A stretch of 62,195 nucleotides of DNA, filler included, from 8 parts of 8 records of this genome joined end to end with filler, not necessarily neighbours in it; one strand, 5' to 3'. Positions 1-10,606 are shown, counted from the first letter of the whole stretch. The notes: a model not told the origin generated them from the sequence alone. Made by a program: numbers and translations.

Positions 1-1
1 C

Positions 2-1882
2 TATTACAATGCTTACTATCAAAACCCTTATTGGGCCATCGGAACGAACAGAGATACCAGAAAAACCAACCGTTTGATTGGTAATATCGATGGTTCGTAT
101 GACATCCTGGATAATTTGAATGTTTCAGCTCGATTGGGTGTGAATTCATCTGCACGAACAGGTAAATATTGGAGAGATGCTCAGGACTATAGTGAGGAAT
201 TGCAACCAGCACACTCCCCTGTTTCTTCAATGTTGATTGATGCCGAGTCACAATTCACAGAGATAAATGGTAACGCCTTACTTTCTGGTCAGTTTAACCT
301 TACAAGTGACTTCACTTTAAAGGCGATTTTAGGTGCGGCTTTCATCAGTTCTGAATACAGAAGGAGTAAAATAACTGCCAATAACCTCAGTATTCCTGGA
401 TTTTATGACATTTCCAATGGTACAGGACAACTAGCTGGCGAGGTAGACCAAACTCAAAAGAGAACCTATGGTCTATTTGGAGATTTCACGTTTGGTTTTA
501 GAAACTGGGCTTTCTTGAACTTAGCTGGAAGACAAGATTACACATCTACACTACCGGTTAACAACAATGGCTATTTCTATCCATCAGTAAGTATGTCGGT
601 TGTTTTGACAGAAGCTATTCCAGCTTTAGCAGGAAACGATGTGTTATCGTATGCGAAACTTACAGTGAGTAACTCAACGGTGTATAACGATCTTCCAATC
701 TATGCATTGAACGAGCGTTACGTACAGAGCAATATCAGCGCGACCGTTGGCTTCCCATTCCCTTATGGATCGATAAATGGTTTCGAGAAATCTGCAACTA
801 CAGTGGATGCTGATATCAAAAAGGAGAAACTGAATACAACTGAGGTTGGTCTTAACTTGAGTTTTTTCAACGACAGGTTTAACCTGAATGGTTCTGTATA
901 CCAAACCAAAACGACAGATTTGATCACGTATACTACACCTTCAGCTGCGTCTGGTGCTCAGTCTTTCCTTACGAATATTGGAGAGTTAGAGTCGACAGGT
1001 GCTGAGGTTTCGATTGGCGGAACGGTCGTTGATGTTAGCGGATTTACCTGGGATTTGAATGTGAACTTCACTACGTATAAAACAATAGTGAACGAAATCG
1101 ATCCTAACAACCCGGATTCTAAAGAGGTTCAAATTGAGAGTTATGGTACTTACGGTACTTATGCCATTGAAGGAAAAGCGTTTCCTCAAATAAAAGCTCA
1201 GGCTTATACAAGAGATCCTCAGGGAAGAATTGTTGTTGATGCTTCAAGCGGAAACCCGATTGTAGGTGATGTTGAAGCAATGGGTAAAGCAACACCTGAT
1301 TATATTTTGGGAGGTACAACTCAATTTGGATACAAAGGTTTGTCCCTAACTGCGACAATTGATTATAGAACAGGTCACGTTTACTATTCTCAAGGTAATG
1401 ATCAAATGGAATTCACTGGTCGTTCCATCGAAAGTGTTTCCTCAGGCAGAAAAGACTTTGTATGGCCAAACTCGGTAATCCAACTGGCAGACGGTTCTTA
1501 TGTTGAAAATGAAGGCATTCAAACTACAGGTGCCGTTATGGGCTTCTGGCAGAATACGTACAACGAGATCAAGGAGAATTATGTGAAGGATGCAACCGCC
1601 CTTAAAGTAAGAGAGCTCGGTATAAACTATTCAATACCTGCTTCTATTCTTTCTAAAACCAAAGTGGTGGAAAAAGTACAAATCGGTTTTGTTGCTAGGA
1701 ACCTTTGGGTTTGGTTGCCAAATAGCCAAAGTAACTTCTCTGATCCGGAATTCAGAAACACCAGAACTTCGGAGTTCGGAACTACAAGCACCGGCGATGA
1801 TCAAAATGGTATCGGTATTGGTGGATACCTTCAAGGACCGCCAACGAGATCTTTTGGATTTAGCCTAAATGTTGAATTCTAA
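2..1882 (+). CDS. susC: SusC/RagA family TonB-dependent outer membrane receptor, C-terminal part (5' partial)
   Basis: Frame is open from nt 2 (YYNAYYQNPYW...). It has beta-barrel motifs typical of SusC (RQDYTSTLP..NNGYFYPSVS, NIGELESTGAE, PPTRSFGFSLNVEF) and a terminal Phe, and is followed by a SusD-like gene. Confidence 0.95.
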   Translation, partial: YYNAYYQNPYWAIGTNRDTRKTNRLIGNIDGSYDILDNLNVSARLGVNSSARTGKYWRDAQDYSEELQPAHSPVSSMLIDAESQFTEINGNALLSGQFNLTSDFTLKAILGAAFISSEYRRSKITANNLSIPGFYDISNGTGQLAGEVDQTQKRTYGLFGDFTFGFRNWAFLNLAGRQDYTSTLPVNNNGYFYPSVSMSVVLTEAIPALAGNDVLSYAKLTVSNSTVYNDLPIYALNERYVQSNISATVGFPFPYGSINGFEKSATTVDADIKKEKLNTTEVGLNLSFFNDRFNLNGSVYQTKTTDLITYTTPSAASGAQSFLTNIGELESTGAEVSIGGTVVDVSGFTWDLNVNFTTYKTIVNEIDPNNPDSKEVQIESYGTYGTYAIEGKAFPQIKAQAYTRDPQGRIVVDASSGNPIVGDVEAMGKATPDYILGGTTQFGYKGLSLTATIDYRTGHVYYSQGNDQMEFTGRSIESVSSGRKDFVWPNSVIQLADGSYVENEGIQTTGAVMGFWQNTYNEIKENYVKDATALKVRELGINYSIPASILSKTKVVEKVQIGFVARNLWVWLPNSQSNFSDPEFRNTRTSEFGTTSTGDDQNGIGIGGYLQGPPTRSFGFSLNVEF

Positions 1883-1893
1883 AAATTATTGAA

Positions 1894-3354
1894 ATGAAGA
1901 AATTCTTAATAATAAATATTCTATTCGCCACCCTATTGGTGGGATGCGATGATTGGATGGATGTGAATACAGATCCTAACAATCCGACAGAAGTAGGCCC
2001 TGACCTTGTTCTTCCTGTAGCTCAGCACTATACTGCGAGATATATTCAGGATAACAGGGCTGCCAATCACCTTGGAAACATGATGATGTATAACTGGAGT
2101 GAGTCAGCTGGGTTTTCCTGGTACAATGATGAGTTCTTGTACTTGGTTACATCAACATTTTATTCAAGGTTGTTTGATCAGGCCTATTACGATGCAATGA
2201 AGAACTATAGTGACCTAGATGATCTGGGTGATGAATATGGTGCTTACAAAGCAATTAGCGCTATCATGAAAGCGTATCATTTTCAATTGCTGGTAGATTT
2301 CTACGGAGATGTTCCTTACACTGAAGCTTTGCAAAGAAGCGGAAATGCGACACCTGTTTATGATGACGCACAAGCTATCTATGACGATCTAATTGTACAA
2401 TTGACTGCTGCAATTGAAATGCTGGAAGAGGCAGATGCTGATCCTGTGAGCGTTAAACCTGGCATTGATGATATCATGTTTGACGGGGACTTGGATTCAT
2501 GGATGGCTTTTGCCAATACAGTGAAGTTGCGAATCCTTACCCGTGAATCTGACGTGAAGCCTGCTGCCTATATCACAACAGAATTAGCTGTAATTGATGC
2601 TCAGGGATCTGGTTATGTGACTTCTGATGTAATGGTTCAGCCTGGTTATCTAAATGAAACAGATAAGCAGAATCCTTTGTGGGCTACTTTTGGACAGTCT
2701 GTGGCCGGCAACAATACGCTTACTAACGATGCTACCTGTGCGACAGATTATATAATTAGTTATCTGACAGGAACAGGTGATCCACGGATCAGCGTGTTGT
2801 ACGAAGAGCCTGGAACAGGGCATTTAGGTGTTCCTCAGGGGATTACTTCTGATCCAAATACACAGGGCCCGAGTTTGGTATCTAATATCGGTCCGGGTAT
2901 TTTGATAGGAGCTACTCAAGGAGCGAAGATTCTGACTTTGGCTGAAGTCATGTTTAATCAGGCAGAATTGGCTCAGAAGGGATTTGGTGGTGATGCCGCA
3001 ACGTTTTATGACGCTGGCGTAACTGCTTCCTTTACAGGTTTGGGTTTGACAGCCGCTGATGCTACTTCCTATCTTTCACAAGGTGGTAATAACATTGGTT
3101 TTGCTGGAAGTACAAATCCTATTGAAGCGATTATTACCCAAAAGTGGATTGCTATGAATGGTATCACAGCTGAGCAATCGTGGTTTGATTGGTCGAGAAC
3201 AGGGTTTCCTGCGAACCTTCCAGTTTCGATTGAGAATCCTGGTTTGCAACGACCTGTACGTTTGGTTTATCCGGCGAGTGAGGTTGGTGGTAATGCCAAA
3301 AACATGCCGGCTCAATCGAATCCCACTACAGCAAAAATCTTTTGGGCTAACTAA
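1894..3354 (+). CDS. susD: SusD/RagB family nutrient-binding outer membrane lipoprotein
   Basis: Lipobox LLVGC then DDWMDVNTDPNNP; motifs LVDFYGDVPYTEAL and IITQKWIA...WFDWSRTGFP; directly after susC. Confidence 0.95.
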   Translation: MKKFLIINILFATLLVGCDDWMDVNTDPNNPTEVGPDLVLPVAQHYTARYIQDNRAANHLGNMMMYNWSESAGFSWYNDEFLYLVTSTFYSRLFDQAYYDAMKNYSDLDDLGDEYGAYKAISAIMKAYHFQLLVDFYGDVPYTEALQRSGNATPVYDDAQAIYDDLIVQLTAAIEMLEEADADPVSVKPGIDDIMFDGDLDSWMAFANTVKLRILTRESDVKPAAYITTELAVIDAQGSGYVTSDVMVQPGYLNETDKQNPLWATFGQSVAGNNTLTNDATCATDYIISYLTGTGDPRISVLYEEPGTGHLGVPQGITSDPNTQGPSLVSNIGPGILIGATQGAKILTLAEVMFNQAELAQKGFGGDAATFYDAGVTASFTGLGLTAADATSYLSQGGNNIGFAGSTNPIEAIITQKWIAMNGITAEQSWFDWSRTGFPANLPVSIENPGLQRPVRLVYPASEVGGNAKNMPAQSNPTTAKIFWAN

Positions 3355-3366
3355 AATTAAGAGATC

Positions 3367-4098
3367 ATGAAAAAATTTAAATATCTATTCATTTTTGCGA
3401 TTTCTGCAGCGGTTTTCACATCATGTTCTGATGATGAAGATTCATTAGCTGATCAGATTTCGGGTTCGCCTAATTATATAGGCTTTGTTAACGGAACAAC
3501 GAATTTTTCGGGTGTTGCGGATGGCAGAACAATTGGTTATGAATTGCCTTTGTTCCTGTCTGGACCGAACATTGCTAATGTTAAAGGTGATGTAACAATT
3601 GAAGTCAGTGTGGATGTGGCCAAATCAACGGCTAAGGAAGGCACACACTTCTCTTTGGAGTCAAAAACATTTACTTTGACTGCAGCTAAAGGTTACAGAG
3701 ATAAGTTGCCGATCACGATGTTGACAGATGGAATTGAAACCCCATTAGCTGCCAATCCGGTAATTGTGTTGAACATCTCCAGTGCTTCGTCTGCCGACAA
3801 AGTGATTGCGAGCAGTAAGCCATTGACGATCAGCATGCTTTATTTGTGCCCGTCTGATTTGGCAGGGGATTATGCCCTTTCCGTGGATTATTATCGAGCA
3901 ATTTCTGGTGGATATCAGGGAACGTACAATCGCACGGACACCTGGAATGAAACTGGTGATGGTCAATACAGAACAACTTACGTTGGATATTGGACTCCTG
4001 CACAATTAGGTGGGGAACCGGGTTTTGATTTTATTGATGTTTGTGATGCGATCACAATCCCGTCTCAAAACCTTGTGAATCTCTATTCCAATATTGTG
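3367..4098 (+). CDS. SusCD-associated surface lipoprotein (SusE-positioned, Ig/Calx-like), 3' partial
   Basis: Lipobox VFTSC, STAKEGTHF and CPSDLAGDY motifs; truncated by the spacer. Confidence 0.8.
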
Positions 4099-4198
4099 NN
4101 NNNNNNNNNNNNNNNNNNNNNNNNNNNNNNNNNNNNNNNNNNTTAATTAATTAANNNNNNNNNNNNNNNNNNNNNNNNNNNNNNNNNNNNNNNNNNNN
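4099..4198. other. Artificial contig spacer (N44-TTAATTAATTAA-N44)
   Basis: Identical 100-nt structure occurs seven times, gives stops in all six frames, and composition changes across it. Confidence 0.99.
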
Positions 4199-4199
4199 G

Positions 4200-4886
4200 C
4201 GTGGCCCGGGTGAAACCCAGTTGGAGACCGACCGCCGATTAATCGGTGTAAAAGTCAAGCAACTGAAAACACGCCTGGAGAAGTTGCAGAAGCAGCGGCA
4301 AACCCAACGCAGACAGCGCGAACGACGCGGGCAATTTACCGTGGCGATTGTGGGCTACACCAACGCGGGCAAAAGCACACTGTTCAATGCGATTGCAAGC
4401 GACAAGGCCTATGCCGCAGATCAATTGTTTGCCACGCTGGACACCACCACGCGCCGCGTTTGGCTTGCGCCCAAAGTGGACATGGCGCTGTCCGACACCG
4501 TCGGGTTTATTCGTGATTTGTCCCATTCGCTGGTCGATGCTTTCAAGGCCACCCTGGAAAGCGCCGTACACGCCGATGTGTTGTTGCATGTGGTGGACGC
4601 AAGTTCACCTGTGCGCCACAGCCAGATCGAAGAGGTGAACAAGGTGTTGCTCGAGATCGAGGCAGGTGATGTACCCCAAGTGATTATCTGGAACAAAATA
4701 GACGCCTGTGAGCGTTCGCCAGAGGTCGAACGCGACGGGAATGGTAAGATTTTGTCCGTGGCGGTAAGTGCGCGCTATGGTTTGGGTGTCGCCGAGCTGC
4801 GGGAATGTTTGACTGAACTTGCAGGCAACTTCTACGCTCAAAGCCGGGGTGCAGATGCTCAGTCAACAGAAGTGCAGTGGGCTTGA
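4200..4886 (+). CDS. hflX: GTPase HflX (5' partial)
   Basis: RGPGETQLETDRR, G1 GYTNAGKS, DQLFATLD, DTVGF, NKID; upstream of hflKC. Confidence 0.97.
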   Translation, partial: RGPGETQLETDRRLIGVKVKQLKTRLEKLQKQRQTQRRQRERRGQFTVAIVGYTNAGKSTLFNAIASDKAYAADQLFATLDTTTRRVWLAPKVDMALSDTVGFIRDLSHSLVDAFKATLESAVHADVLLHVVDASSPVRHSQIEEVNKVLLEIEAGDVPQVIIWNKIDACERSPEVERDGNGKILSVAVSARYGLGVAELRECLTELAGNFYAQSRGADAQSTEVQWA

Positions 4887-4922
4887 ACGTCAACGACTAA
4901 TTTTTCAGCAGCAGGAACAAGC

Positions 4923-6233
4923 ATGTCAATGAATGATCCGGATTGGGGCAGAAATTCATCGGGTAATCAAAACAACGATGAACAACAAAAACCCCAAGAT
5001 CAAGACAACAATCGCAGACCCGGTGGTCGCCAGGATGGCCCACCAGATCTGGATGAACTATGGCGCGACTTCAACAGCAGGCTGAATCGCCTGTTCGGTA
5101 AGAAGGGTGGTGGCAACGGCGGCGGTCCACGCGGACCGCTCGGCGGCAATGGTGGCCCCAGTATGGAAAATGCGGGCAAGGGCTTTACGGCAGTGATCGT
5201 TATTGCCGTTCTTGTTTGGCTGGCCAGTGGCTTTTACATTGTTCAGGAAGGTCGCGAGGGTGTTATTTTGCAGTTTGGCAAATACCACCACACCTCCATG
5301 CCCGGCTTTCAATGGCGCCTGCCCTATCCAATCCAGTCGCATGAAGTGGTGAATTCGTCTCAGGTTCGTATTGTTGAGGTGGGTTATCGCAACGACGTGA
5401 AAAGCAAGGTGCTTCGTGAGGCACTGATGCTGACCGAAGATGAAAACATCATCGATATTCAGTTTGCTGTTCAATACCGACTGAAAGATGCAGGCGATTA
5501 TCTGTTCAACATGGTTGATCCGGATGAATCCGTGAAAATGGCGGCTGAAACTGCCATTCGCGAAGTGGTTGGCCGCAGCAAAATGGACTTTGTGTTGTAT
5601 GAAGGGCGTGAACAAATTGCCTTGAATACAGCCGAAGTAATGCAGGAAATTCTGGACAAGTATGGTGCCGGTGTTTTGGTCTCCAGTGTCACGGTTCAGG
5701 GTGTTCAACCGCCCGAGCAGGTTCAGGCCGCTTTTGACGATGCCGTGAAAGCCGGTCAGGATCGCGAGCGCTTGAAAAACGACGGGCAGGCTTACGCCAA
5801 TGATGTGATTCCGCGTGCCCGTGGTAACGCTGCTCGTTTGATTGAAGAAGCGAATGGTTACCGCGAGCGGGTTGTTGCCCAGTCTGAAGGTGATTCTTCC
5901 CGTTTCAAGGCCATTTTGGCTGAATATGAGAAGGCACCACGGGTCACCAAAGACCGCTTGTACCTGGACGCCATGGAGGAAATCTATTCCAACGTATCCA
6001 AGGTTATTGTGGACACCAAGAACAACAGCCAATTGCTGTATTTGCCTTTGGACAAGCTGATTGAAAAGAGCGGTCCGTCCAGTCAGGACAGCAACAGTTC
6101 AAGTAGTGGTGGTGCCTCATCGTCCACCAGCAAGTCCAGTGAAGCTGCGCCTGCAACGCCGCGTGCCGGCAACGATGGTTTAGACACAAGTGTTCGCGAC
6201 GCCATGCGCAACCGTGACCGGGGAGCCCGTTAA
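4923..6233 (+). CDS. hflK: FtsH protease modulator HflK
   Basis: N-terminal DGPPDLDELWR, one TM segment, SPFH domain (MLTEDENII, VQAAFDDAVKA). Confidence 0.97.
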   Translation: MSMNDPDWGRNSSGNQNNDEQQKPQDQDNNRRPGGRQDGPPDLDELWRDFNSRLNRLFGKKGGGNGGGPRGPLGGNGGPSMENAGKGFTAVIVIAVLVWLASGFYIVQEGREGVILQFGKYHHTSMPGFQWRLPYPIQSHEVVNSSQVRIVEVGYRNDVKSKVLREALMLTEDENIIDIQFAVQYRLKDAGDYLFNMVDPDESVKMAAETAIREVVGRSKMDFVLYEGREQIALNTAEVMQEILDKYGAGVLVSSVTVQGVQPPEQVQAAFDDAVKAGQDRERLKNDGQAYANDVIPRARGNAARLIEEANGYRERVVAQSEGDSSRFKAILAEYEKAPRVTKDRLYLDAMEEIYSNVSKVIVDTKNNSQLLYLPLDKLIEKSGPSSQDSNSSSSGGASSSTSKSSEAAPATPRAGNDGLDTSVRDAMRNRDRGAR

Positions 6234-6235
6234 TC

Positions 6236-7102
6236 ATGCCCAAGATTTTTGTAGTTATCGCGGCAGCCTTGATTGGTTTTTTTGTAGCCAATACCTGTCT
6301 GTATGTTGTGGATCAGCGTCAATACGCCATCGTTTTTGCCTTGGGGCAAGTTGAAGAGGTGCGTCAAGAACCCGGTTTGTATTTTAAGTTGCCAGCGCCG
6401 TTCCAGAATGTCATTTTTCTGGACAAGCGCATTCAAACCATTGACACACCCGAACCAGAGCGTTTCATTACTTCCGAGAAGAAAAACCTCTTGATCGATT
6501 CATACATCAAGTGGCGTATCGTCGATCCTCGCCTGTACTTTGTTCGTTTGAGCGGTGATTCCCGTTTGGCCCAAAGCCGCATGTCCCAAGTTGTGAAATC
6601 AGCGCTGAACGAAGAAATTACCAAGCGTACCGTGCCACAAATGGTGTCTGGCGAGCGCACCACGGTGATGAATACCGTGGTTGAAAAGGTGAAAGATGAA
6701 GCCATTGAAATCGGCGTCGAAATTCTGGACGTTCGCTTGAAACGTGTGGATTTGTTGCCCGAGGTCAGTGAATCCGTGTTTCGCCGTATGGAAGCAGAGC
6801 GCAAACGAGTGGCAAACGACCTGCGTGCAACTGGTGCTGCTGAATCCGAGCAAATCCGCGCCGATGCTGATCGTCAGCGGGAAGTGATCCTTGCGGAAGC
6901 GTACAGAGAAGCACAAACTGTCAAAGGGGAGGGTGATGCAAAGGCCGCTTCGATTTATAATGCCGCTTTTGGTCGCAATCCCGAGTTCTATTCCTTTTAC
7001 CGCAGCCTGGACGCCTACAAGAAGTCTTTGACGTCCAAGTCTGATGTGATGGTGGTTGATCCGCAGTCCGATTTCTTCAAGTTCTTGCAAAAATCGCAGT
7101 AA
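6236..7102 (+). CDS. hflC: FtsH protease modulator HflC
   Basis: SPFH domain, RMEAERKRVA, PEFYSFYRSL; follows hflK. Confidence 0.97.
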   Translation: MPKIFVVIAAALIGFFVANTCLYVVDQRQYAIVFALGQVEEVRQEPGLYFKLPAPFQNVIFLDKRIQTIDTPEPERFITSEKKNLLIDSYIKWRIVDPRLYFVRLSGDSRLAQSRMSQVVKSALNEEITKRTVPQMVSGERTTVMNTVVEKVKDEAIEIGVEILDVRLKRVDLLPEVSESVFRRMEAERKRVANDLRATGAAESEQIRADADRQREVILAEAYREAQTVKGEGDAKAASIYNAAFGRNPEFYSFYRSLDAYKKSLTSKSDVMVVDPQSDFFKFLQKSQ

Positions 7103-7173
7103 CTTGGGGCTTGTCGCGCTTGCGCAGGCTTACCACCCTCGCTTGAAAGGGTCTGGCTCAGGGAATACTAGAA

Positions 7174-7266
7174 ATGAGCGAGACCTTCCGGCTGGCCATG
7201 GCCCTCGTGTTTAATCTCGAGGGCTTTGCGCCTCTTTCTGTTGGCATCACGCTTATTTTGTTTTGA
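7174..7266 (+). pseudogene. yjeT: DUF2065/YjeT-like small membrane protein with apparent in-frame internal deletion (30 aa)
   Basis: Hand translation MSETFRLAMALVFNLEGFAPLSVGITLILF*. It keeps the ALVxxLEGxxP N-terminus and a hydrophobic C-terminal tail and sits in the conserved slot between hflC and hisZ. Not in the ORF track. Confidence 0.7.
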
Positions 7267-7293
7267 AATACTCGTTTTAGAGTTGGAATAGTC

Positions 7294-7783
7294 ATGTCTG
7301 CTTGGCTTCTGCCAGAGTCCGTCGCCGATGTATTGCCTTCCGAGGCCCGGCGAATCGAAGAATTGCGAAGGTCCTTGCTGGACCGTTTCCGCGTGTACGG
7401 CTATGAACTGGTCATGCCGCCCATGCTGGAATACACCGAATCCCTGCTTGGCAACGCCGATGTGTCTTTGAACCTGCAAACTTTCAAGTTGCTGGATCAG
7501 GCCAGTGGGCGCATGCTGGGCCTGCGCGCGGATACCACCCCGCAGGTGGCCCGCATTGATGCCCATATTTTGAACCGCAAAGGCGTAACGCGTTTGTGCT
7601 ATTGCGGCCCGGTGCTGCACACACAGGCTTTGGGTTTGCACACCACGCGCGAACCTTTGCAATGCGGTGCGGAATTGTACGGTTGTGGTGGCATTGAAGC
7701 CGACCTTGAAATCTTGAATTTGGCCGTTGATACCTTGAATTTGTCCGGCTTGAAGGGGTATTGCCTTGCCCTGTCCCATGCCG
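7294..7783 (+). CDS. hisZ: ATP phosphoribosyltransferase regulatory subunit HisZ (3' partial)
   Basis: [45 protein letters not shown]. Confidence 0.95.
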
Positions 7784-7883
7784 NNNNNNNNNNNNNNNNN
7801 NNNNNNNNNNNNNNNNNNNNNNNNNNNTTAATTAATTAANNNNNNNNNNNNNNNNNNNNNNNNNNNNNNNNNNNNNNNNNNNN
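7784..7883. other. Artificial contig spacer
   Basis: N44-TTAATTAATTAA-N44. Confidence 0.99.
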
Positions 7884-7890
7884 TCACCCT

Positions 7891-7939
7891 CGCGTACGCC
7901 TGAACGGCGTCGCGCGACCTTTCCGTAGGGGCGTCCTAC
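7891..7939. repeat. Two small GC-rich hairpins at contig end, possible interspersed palindromic repeat
   Basis: CGCG-T-ACGCC/GGCGT-CGCG (7891-7914) and GTAGG/CCTAC (7925-7939). Confidence 0.4.
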
Positions 7940-8084
7940 TACCATCGCAAACCTCACAGTCTGCATTCTTGGCCATCGAAGAAATCCGCAGGTGGAGGTT
8001 TCCAGAAGACGAAAATCGTTGGTCGGATTAAAGTGCCAGTCTCCATCTTCGTTTCTAACCTCAGTTCACTGTTGATTTGCCTCC

Positions 8085-9518
8085 ATGACTGCCACCGCAT
8101 CGGAGCGTCCCGCGATCGGACCTGTTAAGAAAATTTGTTGCATCGGTGCCGGCTACGTCGGTGGTCCGACGATGGCCATGATCGCTCATCAATGTCATGG
8201 CATCGAAGTCAAAGTCGTCGACATCAATGCGGAGCGAATCGCACAGTGGAACAGTGACGAGCTGCCGATCTACGAACCCGGTTTGGATGAAATCGTCAAA
8301 GGCCGGCGGGGCCAAAACTTGATCTTCACGACCGAAGTCGATGAAGCGATTCGTGAAGCCGACATGGTATTCATCTCGGTGAATACGCCGACCAAAACGT
8401 TTGGTGTGGGTGCTGGTCGAGCTGCCAACTTGGAGTTCATCGAGAAGTGCGCTCGCAAGATCGCGGAGGTCTCGGTTGGGCACAAAATTGTCGTTGAGAA
8501 GTCGACGCTGCCTGTCCGTACGGCTGAAGCGGTCAAAGCAATCCTGGCGGAAGCAACCAGCGGTGCGACTTTTGACGTGTTGTCGAATCCAGAGTTCCTG
8601 GCCGAGGGAACGGCCATCGACGACTTGTTGGCACCCGACCGAGTTTTGATCGGCGGCGAAAGCGAAGCGGCCATCCAAGCACTCGTTGATGTCTATGCCC
8701 AGTGGGTTCCAGCCGAGCGACTGCTGACGACGAACTTGTGGAGCAGCGAACTTTCGAAGCTAACAGCAAATGCCTTTTTGGCTCAGCGGGTATCGTCGAT
8801 TAACTCGATCTCTGCACTTTGCGAAGCCACCGAAGCAGACGTCGATGAAGTCGCGATGGCGATCGGGATGGACTCGCGAATCGGGCCGAAATTCTTGAAG
8901 TCATCGGTCGGGTTCGGAGGTTCCTGTTTCCAAAAGGATATTCTGAACCTCGTCTATCTCTGTGAATACTTTGGATTGCCCGAAGTCGCCGACTATTGGC
9001 AGCAAGTCGTCGCGATGAACGACTACCAAAAGCGACGTTTTGTGCACCGTATGGTCAGGACGATGTTCAATACGGTGTCAGACAAGAAGATCGCAATCTG
9101 GGGATTTGCGTTTAAGAAGGATACGAACGACACCCGCGAATCTGCTGCGATCTACGTTTGTCGGGACCTATTGCTCGAAAAGGCCCGGCTGTCGATCTAC
9201 GATCCGCAGGTCACTAAGGCGCAGATTGTCGCCAATCTTGAGGCGGTCTTTCAGAATGGTGATCAAGAGCTCAGTGCTATGTCGCGGCAATTGATTGAAA
9301 ACAACGTGGAAGTGGTTTCGGATGCGGAAGCGGCGGCCAATTCGGCTCACGCGATCGCCGTTTTGACGGAATGGGACGAATTTGCGAATGCAAATTTCGC
9401 GAAAATTCTGGAGCGAATGAAGAAGCCAGCCTTCGTATTTGACGGGCGCAACACCCTGAAAGGCCTGAATCTCGAAGAGCTTGGGTTCGACTACCAAGGC
9501 ATCGGATTCAGTCGCTGA
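8085..9518 (+). CDS. ugd: UDP-glucose 6-dehydrogenase
   Basis: [28 protein letters not shown], catalytic [22 protein letters not shown]. Confidence 0.96.
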   Translation: MTATASERPAIGPVKKICCIGAGYVGGPTMAMIAHQCHGIEVKVVDINAERIAQWNSDELPIYEPGLDEIVKGRRGQNLIFTTEVDEAIREADMVFISVNTPTKTFGVGAGRAANLEFIEKCARKIAEVSVGHKIVVEKSTLPVRTAEAVKAILAEATSGATFDVLSNPEFLAEGTAIDDLLAPDRVLIGGESEAAIQALVDVYAQWVPAERLLTTNLWSSELSKLTANAFLAQRVSSINSISALCEATEADVDEVAMAIGMDSRIGPKFLKSSVGFGGSCFQKDILNLVYLCEYFGLPEVADYWQQVVAMNDYQKRRFVHRMVRTMFNTVSDKKIAIWGFAFKKDTNDTRESAAIYVCRDLLLEKARLSIYDPQVTKAQIVANLEAVFQNGDQELSAMSRQLIENNVEVVSDAEAAANSAHAIAVLTEWDEFANANFAKILERMKKPAFVFDGRNTLKGLNLEELGFDYQGIGFSR

Positions 9519-9874
9519 TCCTAAGCTGCGTCCGCGAGCCTGCCCTTCCGCCCATCTGAGCCTGCACAGGTGGGGGTGCACTTGCCAGGTCGAGATGCTA
9601 TTTTTGAGGGGGCGGTACTCTGCTCTAGAGGGGTAGTGGTGGGTAATCTCACGATATCGCCATTGAAAGGTTGATTAATACTCTCCCGCTATTCGGCGAA
9701 TTACAATAAGATCAGCGGCAAACATGGTTGCAAGGTTGCTTGCAATTCGCTTTTCGCGAAGCAGAAAGGCCGAGGTTGGCCCTTCTTTTGCATCGGCAGG
9801 AACCAGGTTTGACCATCTAAGTAACGCACGACCGCGTTGAATCGTGCGTTTGGTTTTCGCAACGAAGGGTACCG

Positions 9875-10606
9875 ATGCAAGTTAGACTGCGAGTCCAATC
9901 GGGCAGCCATGAAGGCAAAGAGATCGAGGTCTCGGACAAGAGATTCTTGATTGGACGTAGCGAATCCTGCCAGCTTCGTCCGAAGAGCGAGTCGGTCAGC
10001 CGCCGACATTGCATTCTGGCGATCAAAGACGGCCGGGTCTTGGTCCAGGACCTGAAGAGTCGCAACGGCACCTTCGTCAACGACAAGCGTTTGCCAGCTG
10101 ACAAAGCCAAAGTCCTCAAGGACGGCGATCTTCTGCGTGTTGGAAAATTGATGTTCTCGCTCGTCATCGAGCATGGTCTGCAGGCACCTAAGAAACCAGA
10201 AGTCAAAGACATTGCCGACGCTGCGGCTCGAACCAAGAAAACCGCTGGCGAAGACAGCCGATTTGAAGAAGTCGATGTGGATTCGTGGTTGGATGAGGCC
10301 GACGCGATTGATCGTGTTCGCAAGCAGACCGACCCGGACACGCGTCAGTTCCGCTTGGACGCAAAAGAAGGCGAAAACAGCGACGATCTTTCGGTCGATG
10401 GCACCGTGATGATCGAAGACGTGCCCGCAACAAAGCAAAACAACGACACAAAGATGTCGTCTGATGATGACACCAGCACCGGATCGCGGGTCATTCCGCC
10501 GAAGAGCAAGCCGGGGAAACTTCCCGAGGGCGCCAAGAAGGCGTTGAAAGAGAATTCTCGAGATGCGGCTGATGATGCACTGAAGCGTTTCTTCAGCGGC
10601 CGATAG
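9875..10606 (+). CDS. FHA domain protein with acidic disordered C-terminus
   Basis: FHA motifs IGR, SVSRRHC, DLKSRNGTFVN. Confidence 0.92.
   Translation: MQVRLRVQSGSHEGKEIEVSDKRFLIGRSESCQLRPKSESVSRRHCILAIKDGRVLVQDLKSRNGTFVNDKRLPADKAKVLKDGDLLRVGKLMFSLVIEHGLQAPKKPEVKDIADAAARTKKTAGEDSRFEEVDVDSWLDEADAIDRVRKQTDPDTRQFRLDAKEGENSDDLSVDGTVMIEDVPATKQNNDTKMSSDDDTSTGSRVIPPKSKPGKLPEGAKKALKENSRDAADDALKRFFSGR

Noticed and set aside
5058-6032. 324-aa antisense ORF over hflK
   Set aside because: Shadow frame of a conserved gene with no recognisable motifs.
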